Below are positions 1 through 10,034 of a DNA stretch of 64,000 nt, piece by piece. Source of the DNA: Bdellovibrionota bacterium (GTDB taxonomy: Bacteria; Bdellovibrionota_C; UBA2361; CAKMMH01). The stretch spans positions 2,205 to 66,204 of the forward strand of contig JAXFOK010000015.1 of the NCBI GenBank assembly GCA_034180415.1. The letters are read 5' to 3'. A program made the position numbers and the translations under genes. Below the pieces are notes generated by a model. That model was not told where the DNA came from. It made no database searches and saw only the letters and a list, made by a program, of their open reading frames with translations. The number at the start of each line of letters is the position of its first letter. Within the stretch, counting starts at the first letter, position 1.

Positions 1-21
1 AGAGTTGATGTTCTTGGTGAA

Positions 22-516
22 ATGAATCCATTTGAAGAAGGTGATCTTGCAAATACTGATGATTTAGCTATCAACGTTGGTTCTGCTTATGGCTACTCTG
101 ATATGAACTCACTTGATAAGACATATGCAAATCAATCTGTAAGTGCTGACGCTAACTTAAAGTGGAAAGGATTCTCACTAGCTGGTGAATACTTCTTTGA
201 TAGATTAGATCCAGAAGGCGAGGGAGAGAATGCTGACTTTAATGGTATGTATGTTCAAGCTGGTTACTTTGTATTACCTCAACAATTAGAACTTGCTTCT
301 CGTTTCAGTTATGCTGATTGTGACGACGGTAAAGTTTTGGGACAATGTGCAGGCAATGACAATATTAAGCAAGCTTCTGTTGTAGCTAACTACTACTTCT
401 GGGGACAACACCTAAAAGCACAAGTTGGTTATGATATAGTAAGAGAAAAAGATTACGAAACAAGAGATAATGAAAACACTAATAAGTGGATGGTAGGTAT
501 TTCTACTTGGTGGTAA
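22..516 (+). CDS. C-terminal fragment of an outer-membrane beta-barrel/porin-like protein (5' end lies outside the window)
   Basis: The reading frame is open from the window edge. Amphipathic beta-strand-like segments and a C-terminal ...GISTWW aromatic end are typical of OM beta-barrels. No specific family was recognised. Confidence 0.4.
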   Translation: MNPFEEGDLANTDDLAINVGSAYGYSDMNSLDKTYANQSVSADANLKWKGFSLAGEYFFDRLDPEGEGENADFNGMYVQAGYFVLPQQLELASRFSYADCDDGKVLGQCAGNDNIKQASVVANYYFWGQHLKAQVGYDIVREKDYETRDNENTNKWMVGISTWW

Positions 517-520
517 TCGA

Positions 521-716
521 AAAAAGGCCGATACGCTAAAAAATACTGCGTTATTTTGAAAAAGGTTTCGCTCGCTGTACAACTTAGTACACCGTCGCTC
601 ACCTTTTTCAAAATGCCTTGTCTTTTTTGCGTCTCGGCCTTTTTTTATCTACAATACGCTAAAAAATACTTATGTTGTTTTAAAAAAAGTTTCGCTCGCT
701 GTATATTTCTTAAACG
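521..716. repeat. Family-A palindromic intergenic element: one full variant copy (521–647) plus a partial second copy (655–716)
   Basis: The termini aaaaaggccgatacgc ... gcgtctcggccttttt are inverted complements. Internal gtttcgctcgctgtac and caaaatgcctt modules are shared with the family-A copies at 4735, 21004 and 39357. The annotated ORF 556..747 lies wholly inside the repeat. Confidence 0.6.
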
Positions 717-759
717 TGTTCTTTGTCTTTTATGTTTTTACAACTAACTGCTTTTTTTA

Positions 760-860
760 AAGTCTGTCATCTGAAACCCGAAGATAGATATCTGTTTCCT
801 AAAGCTTATTACCCGTTACTTGAAACCTGCCTCTTGAAATATATTTTTCCCTCTTGAATA
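760..860. repeat. Cluster of CTGAAAC/CTTGAAA(C) short motifs upstream of the HIT gene (family-C-like)
   Basis: tctgaaaccc, ctgtttcc (inverted), cttgaaacc, cttgaaat and cttgaata sit at roughly 10–25 nt spacing. The same motif family recurs downstream of several other genes. Confidence 0.4.
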
Positions 861-1234
861 TTCAACAATTTAATTTTACTATACAAATTATGAGTGAAAC
901 AATTTTTTCAAAAATTATAAATAAAGAAATCCCTGCGACAATCGTCTATGAAACTGATACAGTTTTAGCATTTAAAGATATTAATCCTGTCGCCCCTGTT
1001 CATATTCTTGTAATTCCTAAAAAGGAAATTAAAAACGTAAATTTTTTAACAGGTGATGATAAAGATATACTAAGCAATATGTTTGAGGCTGTAAAAATTA
1101 TCGTAGAAGAACAGGGAATTAAAGAATCTGGTTATAGGCTCGTTATTAATAACGGTAAAGATGCACTGCAATCAGTTGAACACTTACATATCCATATAAT
1201 AGGTGGTAAAGAGCTTAAATGGCCTCCATGCTAA
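854..1234 (+). CDS. HIT-family (histidine triad) nucleotide hydrolase
   Basis: The C-terminal HLHIHIIGG histidine-triad motif is present. Length is about 126 aa. The N-terminal FSKIINKEIPA is typical of HinT-like proteins. Confidence 0.8.
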   Translation: MNIQQFNFTIQIMSETIFSKIINKEIPATIVYETDTVLAFKDINPVAPVHILVIPKKEIKNVNFLTGDDKDILSNMFEAVKIIVEEQGIKESGYRLVINNGKDALQSVEHLHIHIIGGKELKWPPC

Positions 1235-1279
1235 AAATTTTTATAGTGGCTTTTTTATAAAAAAGGATAAATTAAAAAT

Positions 1280-1726
1280 ATGTTAAAAAAATTTAGTGCA
1301 AGGATACTTTTATCATTTTTTATTTTGGTTCTTTGCTTAGATGCATGCGTTCTAGTGCCATTCATTGATTCATATAAAGAAATGGGAGTGACGGAAGGTG
1401 ACAGGCAAGCACTTCTAGTAAAAACATTAAAAAATTTCCAAGACTACATTTATTGGGGGCAATATAATAATGCTTTATCTTTTGCTGACGAAGAAAGGGG
1501 ATTAGATATTAAGAAATCATTTAATAGATATAAAGAAGTAAAAATTGTTACTATGAAAACAGATGATGTTACATTCCTAAATTCTTCAAAAGAAGCAAAT
1601 GTTAATGTTATTGTAAAATATTATAAAATTCCACAATACATCGTAGTAGATGAAGTGGTAAATGAAACATGGTACTTTAATATGGGGAATTGGAAAATAA
1701 AAGAGAGGTTTATAGTAAGTGAATAA
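1280..1726 (+). CDS. Small lipoprotein, function unknown
   Basis: Signal peptide with an LDAC lipobox. Overlaps the next gene by 8 nt (translational coupling). Confidence 0.5.
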   Translation: MLKKFSARILLSFFILVLCLDACVLVPFIDSYKEMGVTEGDRQALLVKTLKNFQDYIYWGQYNNALSFADEERGLDIKKSFNRYKEVKIVTMKTDDVTFLNSSKEANVNVIVKYYKIPQYIVVDEVVNETWYFNMGNWKIKERFIVSE

Positions 1727-2579
1727 GTTTAGTATTAAAATAATCTTTTTTAGTTTGGTAGTAATTTTACTTTTTTGCTTATCAGCATGTAATTTTAATG
1801 GTTTTTTTTATAAACAAAATAATATAAATGAGAATTTTACTGAAGCTACGTTCTCATTAAAAATTTTGGAAAAAATTAATGATGGGGAAAAAATTTATAT
1901 ATTAGGTGAAGCATCATCAAGTCAAAAATTTCCTGTAAGCTTAGTTTTGTTAAAATTAGGATTAATGGGACAAAATGGTGATATTATAAATGAGGAAACT
2001 TACAAATTTGCTAACTTGATGGGAAAAGATAAAAGTGAATTTTTTGAAAAAAATGAACCTAAAAAATTCTTAATCGTTATAGATTCTACATTATATACTT
2101 TTAATAATCCTACAGATTTTCAATTAGAGCTTTCTTGGGGAAATAAGAATATTTTAGCTCAAAATACTGAAGCTAATTTAACTAATAATGTTATTGGTGA
2201 AAATAATAAGATTGAGGTTAATTCTAATATAACTACACCTAGCAATATAAATCGTAGTGAAGCTTTTAAAATGGTAAATTTACAATTTGAGAAAAAAATA
2301 GCAAAAGTTAATGCTAAAGATCCGCAATATTATTTTGTAATTACTGGAGAATTTGAAAATTTATCAGATAAAGTTATAAATGATATTTCACTAGCTGTTT
2401 CTTTTAAGAGTAAATTAAGTGATAATAAATTAAATAATGAAGATGAATTTCTAGATATAAAAAGCGTAGGTCTTAATCCTAAAAGTTCTAAGAAATTTGA
2501 AATGGAGCTTGAAACTATCTTAAATAGCCAAGATGCCAATATTTATAAACCAGTAATTAAAATAGTAAGTTTTAATTAA
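1719..2579 (+). CDS. Lipoprotein, function unknown
   Basis: Signal peptide with an LSAC lipobox. N/K-rich. No motif recognised. Confidence 0.5.
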   Translation: MNKFSIKIIFFSLVVILLFCLSACNFNGFFYKQNNINENFTEATFSLKILEKINDGEKIYILGEASSSQKFPVSLVLLKLGLMGQNGDIINEETYKFANLMGKDKSEFFEKNEPKKFLIVIDSTLYTFNNPTDFQLELSWGNKNILAQNTEANLTNNVIGENNKIEVNSNITTPSNINRSEAFKMVNLQFEKKIAKVNAKDPQYYFVITGEFENLSDKVINDISLAVSFKSKLSDNKLNNEDEFLDIKSVGLNPKSSKKFEMELETILNSQDANIYKPVIKIVSFN

Positions 2580-2606
2580 TTAAATTTTTTAATTTCAAAA
2601 TAGTAT

Positions 2607-3908
2607 ATGAAAAAAAAATTATATGTAAGAACGTATGGTTGCCAAATGAATGCATACGATTCTGTAAGAATCAAACAAATGCTTTCTCAGGATTATGAAG
2701 AAACAGATACAACACTAGATGCAGATCTTATAATTATTAATACTTGTAGTGTTAGAAAGAAACCTGAAGAAAAACTTTTTGCAGTCTTAGGAACACTAAA
2801 ACCATTAAAACAAAAAAATAAAAATCTAATAATAGGAGTAGGGGGATGTGTCGCGCAACAATATGGAAGTGAAATAATAAAAAGAGTCCCTCATGTCGAT
2901 TTTGTTTTCGGGACGCATAATTTATCGTTAATTCCTGAATTTATAAAAGATAGTCAATGTGCTAATAATGTAAAAGTTGATTATAGGGAAAAATGGGAGG
3001 ATCTGCCTGTAACTAACCCTTATAACGGAGCATTGTCAATTTCTGTTGCAATAAGTAGAGGATGTAATAATAGATGCGCTTATTGTATTGTCCCTCAAAC
3101 AAGAGGCCCTGAGGTTTCAAGACCATCAAGTCAAATTATAGATGAAATTTCACTATCAGTTGAGCAAGGAACAAAAGAAGTCCTTCTTTTAGGTCAATGT
3201 GTTAATTCTTATGGAAGTGATTTAGAGGAGGATATTACATTTGAGAAACTTCTTGATAAAATCTCCAAAATTAATGGACTTGAAAGAATAAGATTTACTA
3301 GCCCTCATCCAAAACATATTACAGATGAATTCATTGATTTAGTATGTTCTAATCCTAAAATTTGTAGACATGTTCATCTTCCACTTCAGGCGGGAAGTAA
3401 TAGAATTTTAGAGTTAATGAATAGAAAATATACAAAGGAACATTATCTAGAAATTATTGAAAAAATAAGAAGGAAAGTTCCTGATATGGCTTTTACTACT
3501 GATATTATAGTTGGTTTTCCAACTGAAACAGAAAGTGATTTTTTAGAAACAGTTGGAGTTGTTGAAAAGGTTGGATTTGTAAATAGCTACTCTTTTGTGT
3601 ATTCACCTAGACCTAATACAAAATCGCTAGAACTTAAAGATGATATCTCTTATAGTGAAAAACTTGGTTGGCTTAATTTTTTACAAGATAGACAATATGA
3701 GGTTTCAGCTAGAGTGTTAAAAGATTTTATTGGTAAAACTACTAGTATTTTAGTAGATGGTTATTCTAAAAAAGATAAAACATGTTTAAAAGGGACAAAC
3801 TCTCAGAATATTACAGTTAATCTTTCTAAAGACTATTCAAATGTTAAACTTGGTAGTATCATAGATGTTGAAGTTAAAGATATTTCAAGATTGACGTTAA
3901 AAGCATAA
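2607..3908 (+). CDS. miaB: tRNA-2-methylthio-N6-isopentenyladenosine synthase (MiaB-family radical-SAM methylthiotransferase)
   Basis: N-terminal YVRTYGCQMNAYDS (MTTase domain Cys), radical-SAM CNNRCAYC (CxxxCxxC), C-terminal TRAM-like domain. 433 aa. Confidence 0.9.
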   Translation: MKKKLYVRTYGCQMNAYDSVRIKQMLSQDYEETDTTLDADLIIINTCSVRKKPEEKLFAVLGTLKPLKQKNKNLIIGVGGCVAQQYGSEIIKRVPHVDFVFGTHNLSLIPEFIKDSQCANNVKVDYREKWEDLPVTNPYNGALSISVAISRGCNNRCAYCIVPQTRGPEVSRPSSQIIDEISLSVEQGTKEVLLLGQCVNSYGSDLEEDITFEKLLDKISKINGLERIRFTSPHPKHITDEFIDLVCSNPKICRHVHLPLQAGSNRILELMNRKYTKEHYLEIIEKIRRKVPDMAFTTDIIVGFPTETESDFLETVGVVEKVGFVNSYSFVYSPRPNTKSLELKDDISYSEKLGWLNFLQDRQYEVSARVLKDFIGKTTSILVDGYSKKDKTCLKGTNSQNITVNLSKDYSNVKLGSIIDVEVKDISRLTLKA

Positions 3909-3918
3909 TTTTAAATTT

Positions 3919-4734
3919 TTGTATAAAGGATTTTTGTTTATGAATAAAAAAAATATTATAGAAAATAATAATGTCGATATAAAAAAAACAAATGAACCAC
4001 AATCAGAAATTGAAATAACATTTGTTGAAGATCCTTTATTTAGATTTTTTAAAAAATGGCAGAATGTTATTTTCTGGGGTCTTGTTGTTATAATTGCTTG
4101 CTATTTTGGTTATAATAAATATTCTGATATTAGAATAAATGAACAAAAAAGTGATGCAGATTTATTTGAAGAGTTTAGACCTATATACGCAAATATTATT
4201 ACCTTAAGTAAGGATATTAAGCAAAAAGAGTTAGAAATTCAAAAAGATACTAATGAGAAGAAAGATACTAAAGGAAAAGAAAAAGATTTAAATGAGCTAA
4301 AAGAACGTTTAACAAAATCATTAAGTGAGGCACAAAGTCGTATTAAGCCATTAGCTACAAGTAAATATTATAGCACTATTTCTAAGTTGTATTCTGCTTT
4401 ATTAAAGAAAAATGCAGGAGACCAAAAAGGTTTTGAAGAAGATATAAATAAAATAGATTTTAATAATTATAAAAATGAAAGTAATGAACAATCAAGATTT
4501 TACAAGGAGCTAGCGAGTATTATTATTGCAAAGGCCTACTTAGATGATGAAACGAAAATTTCAAATGCTAAAGAACTACTAACTAATTTAATAAAAGATG
4601 GTAAATATTTTAACGTGGTAGCTTTTAATACATTGTCAATAATTGCTAAAGGTGAGGAAGAAGAAGCGCTTAAGAAGTTAAAAGAAGAGTTGTTGAGTAA
4701 GGCTCCTGAACAATCTGAACTATTAAAAAATTAG
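3919..4734 (+). CDS. Membrane-anchored coiled-coil/TPR-like protein (possibly a YfgM-like translocon-associated protein)
   Basis: Single N-proximal transmembrane segment (VIFWGLVVIIACYFGY) followed by a charged helical region. The family assignment is tentative. Confidence 0.4.
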   Translation: MYKGFLFMNKKNIIENNNVDIKKTNEPQSEIEITFVEDPLFRFFKKWQNVIFWGLVVIIACYFGYNKYSDIRINEQKSDADLFEEFRPIYANIITLSKDIKQKELEIQKDTNEKKDTKGKEKDLNELKERLTKSLSEAQSRIKPLATSKYYSTISKLYSALLKKNAGDQKGFEEDINKIDFNNYKNESNEQSRFYKELASIIIAKAYLDDETKISNAKELLTNLIKDGKYFNVVAFNTLSIIAKGEEEEALKKLKEELLSKAPEQSELLKN

Positions 4735-4852
4735 TGATGTATCCAAGATTGCTTTGTTATATTAAGGGGGGGCAATGCTCATCGTAGCATGAGTACGCTT
4801 CCGATTGCCCCCCTTAAAATGCCACGCACTCTTGGCGTCTCACTAATTTTTT
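4735..4852. repeat. Family-A palindromic element (single copy) immediately after the stop codon of 3919..4734
   Basis: The 5' module gatgtatccaagattgc and 3' module aaatgccacgcactcttggcgtctcactaatttt match the family-A termini. The internal 14-bp inverted repeat is ttaagggggggcaat...attgccccccttaa. Confidence 0.65.
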
Positions 4853-4892
4853 AATCGCCAATGCATCTAAGATAACTATCAAAAGTTTATAT

Positions 4893-5080
4893 GGTCATTA
4901 CCCGAAGGGTAAACTAGAGCGAGCGTAAGCGAAGCGGCATAGGGCGTTACGTAGACACACGAATGTGTGGATGGCCAAGTAGACGAGCAATTTTGCGATA
5001 GTAAAATTGTGAAGGATACTTGGTTGTATGAGAATCACCATCAAAACAGCACCCCTTGCGGGTGCCCTAAGTAAAAAAAA
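4893..5080. ncRNA. GC-rich, highly structured intergenic element: candidate small RNA or structured repeat (strand undetermined)
   Basis: About 50% GC in a 30% GC genome. Perfect hairpins at ttacccgaagggtaa, cacacgaatgtgtg, ccaagta...tacttgg and gcaccccttgcgggtgc. No credible ORF: the 61-aa minus-strand ORF 4898..5083 is rejected. No RNase P, tmRNA or SRP signature motif. Confidence 0.3.
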
Positions 5081-5233
5081 CATAAACAGTATTTAGTACG
5101 ACGCATATAAGAGTTAGGGGGCTGATACTCGTTGCTACATCCCTGATTTAGCTCATTTTTCTTACCACTTATTGAAAATTATGCTTATCTTTTTTATAAT
5201 CTTTCTATTGTTTATAGGAGTTTAATTTTAGTC

Positions 5234-7924
5234 GTGACTACCGCATTTAACCTTAATTCATACAGTAATATTCCTCCGATGCTTGAGCAATATATAGAAT
5301 ATAAAAATGAGCATCCAGATTGCCTCATTTTTTGTCAAGTAGGTGATTTTTATGAATTATTCTTTGATGATGCGAAGGTCGTTGCAAAAACTTTAAATTT
5401 AACTTTAACTTCTAGAGATAAAAATTCTGAAAACCCAATCCCAATGTGTGGTGTGCCAATTGTCGTGATAGATGGATATATAGATAGACTCGTCGATCTT
5501 GGTTTCTCTGTAGCGATAGTTAGTCAAGCAGAGCTTGCCTCTGAAGCTAAAGGAATGGTTAAACGAAAACTAGAAAGAATTATAACACCAGCTGTTAGAC
5601 TTCTTGGAAGTGATAAATCAGAATCATCAATTGTTGCTTGCTTGTATTTTGATAACGAAAAAAATATTTCAATTGTTTTTTCAGATATCCAAAGCGCAAA
5701 ATTATATTATAGAGAAAATATTAATATAGAAAATTTAAAATCAGAACTTAGCCGAATTTCTCCAAAAGAAATAATTCTTCTTCAAAACTTAGGTGGTAAA
5801 AAGATCGACAGACGTGCTCTTTGGTTTAGAGATATAGAAAGAAACTTAAGCGACGCAGTTATAAAGATTAAACCAGAAACTTACATAAGCATTGATTTAA
5901 ATCCACTTAGAAAATTCGGAGATATAAAAGGTTACGCAAGCTTATCAAACGTTACTAAAAAAGCTACAAGATTGTTTTTTAACTATATTGATGAAGTAAC
6001 TGTAGAGAAAACATTACAAATTGAAGAAATAACAAAATGTAACTATGAAAGCATTATGGGGCTTGATGCAAGCGCTAGGATGAACTTAGAGCTTATTTCT
6101 AATCAAAAAGATGCAAGTAAAAAAAATACCCTTTTTGATTATATGGATATGACTGTAACAAAAGGGGGAGAAAAACTTTTAAGAAGTTGGATCTTAGCAC
6201 CTCTTTTAAATAAAGATGAAATATGTAAAAGACAAGATAGTGTAAAATTTTTACTAGATGAAGTTTCTATTCGTTATGAAATAAGAAATATTTTTAAATA
6301 TATATGTAATTTTTCTAAAATTGCATCAAGACTAGAAATGTCAATAGTTACACCAAGAGAACTAGGGGCGTTAAGAGATAGTTTAAGTGATATTCCAAAG
6401 ATCTTATTATTATTTAAAAATGATATTGATGAATTAGAAAATAAATTACCTGACAATTTAAAACGTATTCTAGAAAATTTAAATTATCCCAAAGAACTTT
6501 TAACACTTTTAAGGGATACACTTATTGAGAATCCAAGTAATTCTATAAATGAGGGAAATATAATAAGAGAAGGGTATGACGAAGAAGTTGATAGGCTTCG
6601 CTATGTAAGACAAAATGGGTGTTCTTGGATTTTAGACTTAGAAGCAAAAGAAAGAGAATTAAGTAAAATAAACTCACTTAAAATAAAGTTTAATAATGTT
6701 ATTGGTTATTTTATAGAAGTTACAAAAAGTAATGCAAATAAGGTTCCAAGTAATTATATTTTAAAGCAAAACACAACAAATACTACAAGATTTATTACAA
6801 GTGAATTAAAAGAACGAGAAAAAGAAGTTTTAGGTGCTGAAGCAAAGCTTTTCTCTTTAGAAAGAGATATCTTTTCAAAACTAAAAGATGACTTAATGAA
6901 GTATCTTCCGATCTTAAGAAGTCTTTCAGAAACTATATCACTTCTTGACCTTTACGCTTCTCTTTCTGAACTTGCAGAACAAGAAGCGTTAACTAGACCT
7001 CAAATAGTCGATGAAGAAATACTAGAAATTAAAGATGGCGTGCATCCAATTTTAAAAAGAGTATTAAAAAGTGATTTTATTCCAAATTCACTATCATTAT
7101 CTACTTTGCAAACTTTAGCTGTCCTTACAGGTCCTAATATGGGTGGAAAATCTACCTATTTAAGACAATGCGCACTTATTGTGATTATGGCGCAAATTGG
7201 AAGCTTTGTTCCTGCAAGAGAAGGAACAAAGATAGGAATTGTCGATAAAATTTTTGCCCGTCTTGGCGCATCTGATGATATGGAAGAAGGCGAGTCTACT
7301 TTTATGGTAGAAATGAGAGAAGCTTCTAATATTTTATCAAATGCTACAAATAGGTCTTTTGTCCTTATAGATGAAATAGGGAGGGGAACTGCGACCACTG
7401 ATGGTCTTTCAATTGCTGAGGCAATTTTAGAATACTTGCTTTTAAAAATAAAATGTCGAACGATATTTGCAACACATTTTCATGAGCTTACAGAGCTTGC
7501 TTACAAATATAAACAATTAAAAAATTTGTCGGTCGGTTCGATAGAGACAAGTGGTGAGGTCGTTTTTACTCATGAAATTGTTTCTGGGGCTGCAAAAAAA
7601 TCTTATGGTATCCATGTAGCAAAACTTGCAGGTATAAACAAAGGGATTTTAAATCGTGCTTCGCAAATATTAAATGATATGGAAAGAAAAAGTAATATAT
7701 CTTCAAATTCTCAGTTATCATTTTTTGAGCTTCAAGGGAATAATAATGAAAATATAACGGAATTATTTAAAGAAGATGAAAAGTTAGAGCTTCCTGAGGA
7801 TTATGATGCATTAAAAGAGCTTGCAAGAAATATAAAAAATGTAGATATTAATTCTATGACACCTTTAAACGCATTGGAGTTTTTAAATAATTTAAAAAAT
7901 AACGTAACTTTAATAAAAGAATAA
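5234..7924 (+). CDS. mutS: DNA mismatch repair protein MutS
   Basis: 896 aa. Walker A GPNMGGKSTYLRQ. Mismatch-binding N-terminal domain (FYELFFDDA). C-terminal HTH/dimerisation region. GTG start. Confidence 0.95.
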   Translation: MTTAFNLNSYSNIPPMLEQYIEYKNEHPDCLIFCQVGDFYELFFDDAKVVAKTLNLTLTSRDKNSENPIPMCGVPIVVIDGYIDRLVDLGFSVAIVSQAELASEAKGMVKRKLERIITPAVRLLGSDKSESSIVACLYFDNEKNISIVFSDIQSAKLYYRENINIENLKSELSRISPKEIILLQNLGGKKIDRRALWFRDIERNLSDAVIKIKPETYISIDLNPLRKFGDIKGYASLSNVTKKATRLFFNYIDEVTVEKTLQIEEITKCNYESIMGLDASARMNLELISNQKDASKKNTLFDYMDMTVTKGGEKLLRSWILAPLLNKDEICKRQDSVKFLLDEVSIRYEIRNIFKYICNFSKIASRLEMSIVTPRELGALRDSLSDIPKILLLFKNDIDELENKLPDNLKRILENLNYPKELLTLLRDTLIENPSNSINEGNIIREGYDEEVDRLRYVRQNGCSWILDLEAKERELSKINSLKIKFNNVIGYFIEVTKSNANKVPSNYILKQNTTNTTRFITSELKEREKEVLGAEAKLFSLERDIFSKLKDDLMKYLPILRSLSETISLLDLYASLSELAEQEALTRPQIVDEEILEIKDGVHPILKRVLKSDFIPNSLSLSTLQTLAVLTGPNMGGKSTYLRQCALIVIMAQIGSFVPAREGTKIGIVDKIFARLGASDDMEEGESTFMVEMREASNILSNATNRSFVLIDEIGRGTATTDGLSIAEAILEYLLLKIKCRTIFATHFHELTELAYKYKQLKNLSVGSIETSGEVVFTHEIVSGAAKKSYGIHVAKLAGINKGILNRASQILNDMERKSNISSNSQLSFFELQGNNNENITELFKEDEKLELPEDYDALKELARNIKNVDINSMTPLNALEFLNNLKNNVTLIKE

Positions 7925-7929
7925 TTTTT

Positions 7930-9231
7930 ATGAAAAAGATAAAATCAATATTTTTAACTTTAATATGTCTTCTTTGTCTAGTTTTATCCTTTAATTCTAC
8001 ACCATCATATGCATTAAGTGATATTACTTCATATAACAATGCAAATATTAGCATTAAAGTGTTTGAAAATTTAGAAAATGAATTTTTAAAATTAAGAAAT
8101 GAGGATCCACAAGTTGAAAGAATTAATGAGTGGGAAACATTAGCAAGAAAGTTTGAGATATTTTTTGACAAAAATGAAAGATTAAGCCAAAGTGCTCAAG
8201 GAATGTATGACGCTACAATATTGTACGAAGAGTTATATAAAAAAGTTAAATCTGAAAAATATTTAGATAGAACATTTATTATTATAGAAAAATTTTTAAA
8301 AGATTACTCTAATCATTATTTAGCAGATGATATATTAATTAAAAAAGGTGATATATATCTTTTTTTGCTAAATGATTATGAAAAGTCTAAAGATTGTTAC
8401 GATGAGGTAATGGAAAATTATCAGCAAGGTGATATGTATGAACTTGCAAAAGCAAGAATTAAATTAATTTTAGATAAAAAGAATAATAACACTACTTCAA
8501 ATTTTATTGGTCAACAGGTAAGAAATAATGGTGGAGAGGATAAATTTACAAATTCAAATTTCGTAATTGTAATTGACCCAGGTCATGGTGGAGAAGAAGG
8601 CGGTGCAAAAAACAATTCTGGCCTTATGGAAAAGGATTTAACGCTAGATATGGCTCTAAAACTTGAAAGGATTTTAAAGCAAAACACAGGATTTAATGTA
8701 TATCTTACAAGAAGAACAGATAAATTCGTTTCTTTAGGTGAAAGAACAGAATTTGCAAATGCAAAGCAAGCAGACCTTTTTATAAGCTTACACATAAACG
8801 CAAGTCCTAATAAGAGCGCGTATGGAATAGAAACATATTATCTTGATAATACAGACGATAAATCTAGTAGAAAATTAGCAGAGAGAGAGAATAAGTCGTT
8901 AACATTTGGAAATGGAAAAATTGATGATTTACAGTTCATGCTTAGTGATTTAATTCAAAGTGCTAAGCAAGAAGAATCAATAGTACTTGCAAATAATGTT
9001 CAAAGAGAATTAATAAAGCATTTAGATAAAAGATGGCGTGGAATAAAAAATTTAGGTGTTAAAAAGGCACCTTTTTATGTACTTGTTGGCGCGCACATGC
9101 CATGCATATTAGTTGAAACATTATTTATTGATAATTATCAAGATGCCAAGAAGTTATCAAATGAAAATTTTAGACAGGATGTCGCGCATGCTCTTTATGT
9201 TGCAATCCTTCGCTTTTTTGACGAGAAATAA
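7930..9231 (+). CDS. N-acetylmuramoyl-L-alanine amidase (Amidase_3 family) with an N-terminal helical/TPR-like domain
   Basis: Signal peptide. The C-terminal Amidase_3 core is VIVIDPGHGGEEGGA ... TRRTDKFVSLGERTEFAN ... SLHINAS. The N-terminal about 200 aa is helical with repeats. Confidence 0.8.
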   Translation: MKKIKSIFLTLICLLCLVLSFNSTPSYALSDITSYNNANISIKVFENLENEFLKLRNEDPQVERINEWETLARKFEIFFDKNERLSQSAQGMYDATILYEELYKKVKSEKYLDRTFIIIEKFLKDYSNHYLADDILIKKGDIYLFLLNDYEKSKDCYDEVMENYQQGDMYELAKARIKLILDKKNNNTTSNFIGQQVRNNGGEDKFTNSNFVIVIDPGHGGEEGGAKNNSGLMEKDLTLDMALKLERILKQNTGFNVYLTRRTDKFVSLGERTEFANAKQADLFISLHINASPNKSAYGIETYYLDNTDDKSSRKLAERENKSLTFGNGKIDDLQFMLSDLIQSAKQEESIVLANNVQRELIKHLDKRWRGIKNLGVKKAPFYVLVGAHMPCILVETLFIDNYQDAKKLSNENFRQDVAHALYVAILRFFDEK

Positions 9232-9253
9232 AGTTAGTCTTTTATAAATAAAA

Positions 9254-10024
9254 TTGAAAATGTGCTATAAAGAGTTTAAAAATTTTTTTAACAGCATATA
9301 TGAATTTTCGAGCGATGAAAATCTAGAGATTTATCTTGTTGGAGGATTTTTGAGAGATTGGTTTATAAATAATGAGTTTCGTTCAAATGATGTAGATTTT
9401 GCAGTAAAAGGCGATGCTAAAAATTTAGTAAATAAATTTATAAAAGAATATGGTGGTAAAGTTACAGAGTTTAAATCTTTCTTAACATCTAAAATTTCAG
9501 ATATTCCTTCATTAAATATTATTAATCAAATTGATTTTGCAGGGTTAAGAAAAGAAGTCTATGAAAAAGATGGAGCTTTTCCAAAAGTTGAAAGTACAGA
9601 TGATATTTTAGAGGATTTAAAAAGAAGAGATTATAGTATAAACACTCTTGCCATTAAACTAAAGGACTTTTTAAAGTCTTTTAATGATGATACAAAAAAT
9701 TTAGATAAGGGACTTCTTAGCAAGTTTATCATTAATAGTCAAAAAGGTTTAGAAGATTTAGAAAATAGAGTATTAAGAGTGCTTCACTTTAGAAGTTTTT
9801 ATGATGATCCAACAAGGATTTTAAGAGGATATAGATATAAGTATAAAATTAATGGAGATTTTGATAATGATACAAAAGAGCTTTTAAAAGATGCAAAGGA
9901 TAAAAAGTTACTTAATAATATTTCTAAAAGTCGCATATTAAAAGAAATTGAAAAGATTAGAAATGAACAAAATGCGGAATTAATTTTACAAGATTTTGAA
10001 AGTTTTTTTGGTGCAGTAATTTAA
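9254..10024 (+). CDS. Short nucleotidyltransferase of the poly(A) polymerase / CCA-adding head-domain family
   Basis: YLVGGFLRDWFI ... NDVDFAV matches the GG(x)RD...DxD pol-beta-type motif of PcnB/CCA enzymes. At 256 aa it lacks the usual C-terminal body domains. Confidence 0.5.
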   Translation: MKMCYKEFKNFFNSIYEFSSDENLEIYLVGGFLRDWFINNEFRSNDVDFAVKGDAKNLVNKFIKEYGGKVTEFKSFLTSKISDIPSLNIINQIDFAGLRKEVYEKDGAFPKVESTDDILEDLKRRDYSINTLAIKLKDFLKSFNDDTKNLDKGLLSKFIINSQKGLEDLENRVLRVLHFRSFYDDPTRILRGYRYKYKINGDFDNDTKELLKDAKDKKLLNNISKSRILKEIEKIRNEQNAELILQDFESFFGAVI

Positions 10025-10034
10025 AGGATAAATC

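Noticed and set aside
556-747. 63-aa ORF in the track
   Set aside because: It lies entirely within the family-A palindromic repeat copies (521..716). Composition and low-complexity translation indicate a repeat artefact.
2330-2539. Short ORFs nested antisense inside long genes (e.g. 2330..2539, 6274..6456, 7156..7398, 8583..8795, 11634..11917, 15340..15585, 26152..26511, 26814..27005, 27429..27890, 30256..30513, 36082..36285, 37220..37462, 38267..38512, 44148..44363, 46888..47317, 53813..54965, 59976..60239, 62898..63227)
   Set aside because: Each is fully contained in a longer, motif-supported CDS on the opposite strand or in another frame. AT-rich genomes generate many such chance ORFs.
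4925-4945. catagggc strings (also at about 39895) reminiscent of the RNase P RNA P4/P-loop region (CCAUAGGGCAGG)
   Set aside because: No GGAAAGUCCGG, AGGGUGAAA or ACAGAACCCGGCUUA modules are present anywhere nearby, and the regions are far too short for RNase P RNA.
4898-5083. 61-aa minus-strand ORF
   Set aside because: It falls inside the GC-rich hairpin-dense element. There is no RBS, and its Ala/Arg-rich translation is typical of reading through GC-rich structured DNA.
5115-5140. ggggctgatac... resembling the 5' end of tmRNA (GGGGCUGAUUCUGGAUUCGACGGG)
   Set aside because: The similarity ends after 9 nt. There is no tag-peptide reading frame (…ANDENYALAA-like), no tRNA-like T-arm or CCA 3' end nearby.
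7854-8171. 105-aa minus-strand ORF spanning the mutS / amidase junction
   Set aside because: It overlaps the 3' end of mutS and the 5' end of the amidase gene, both strongly supported. The translation is hydrophobic and low-complexity.
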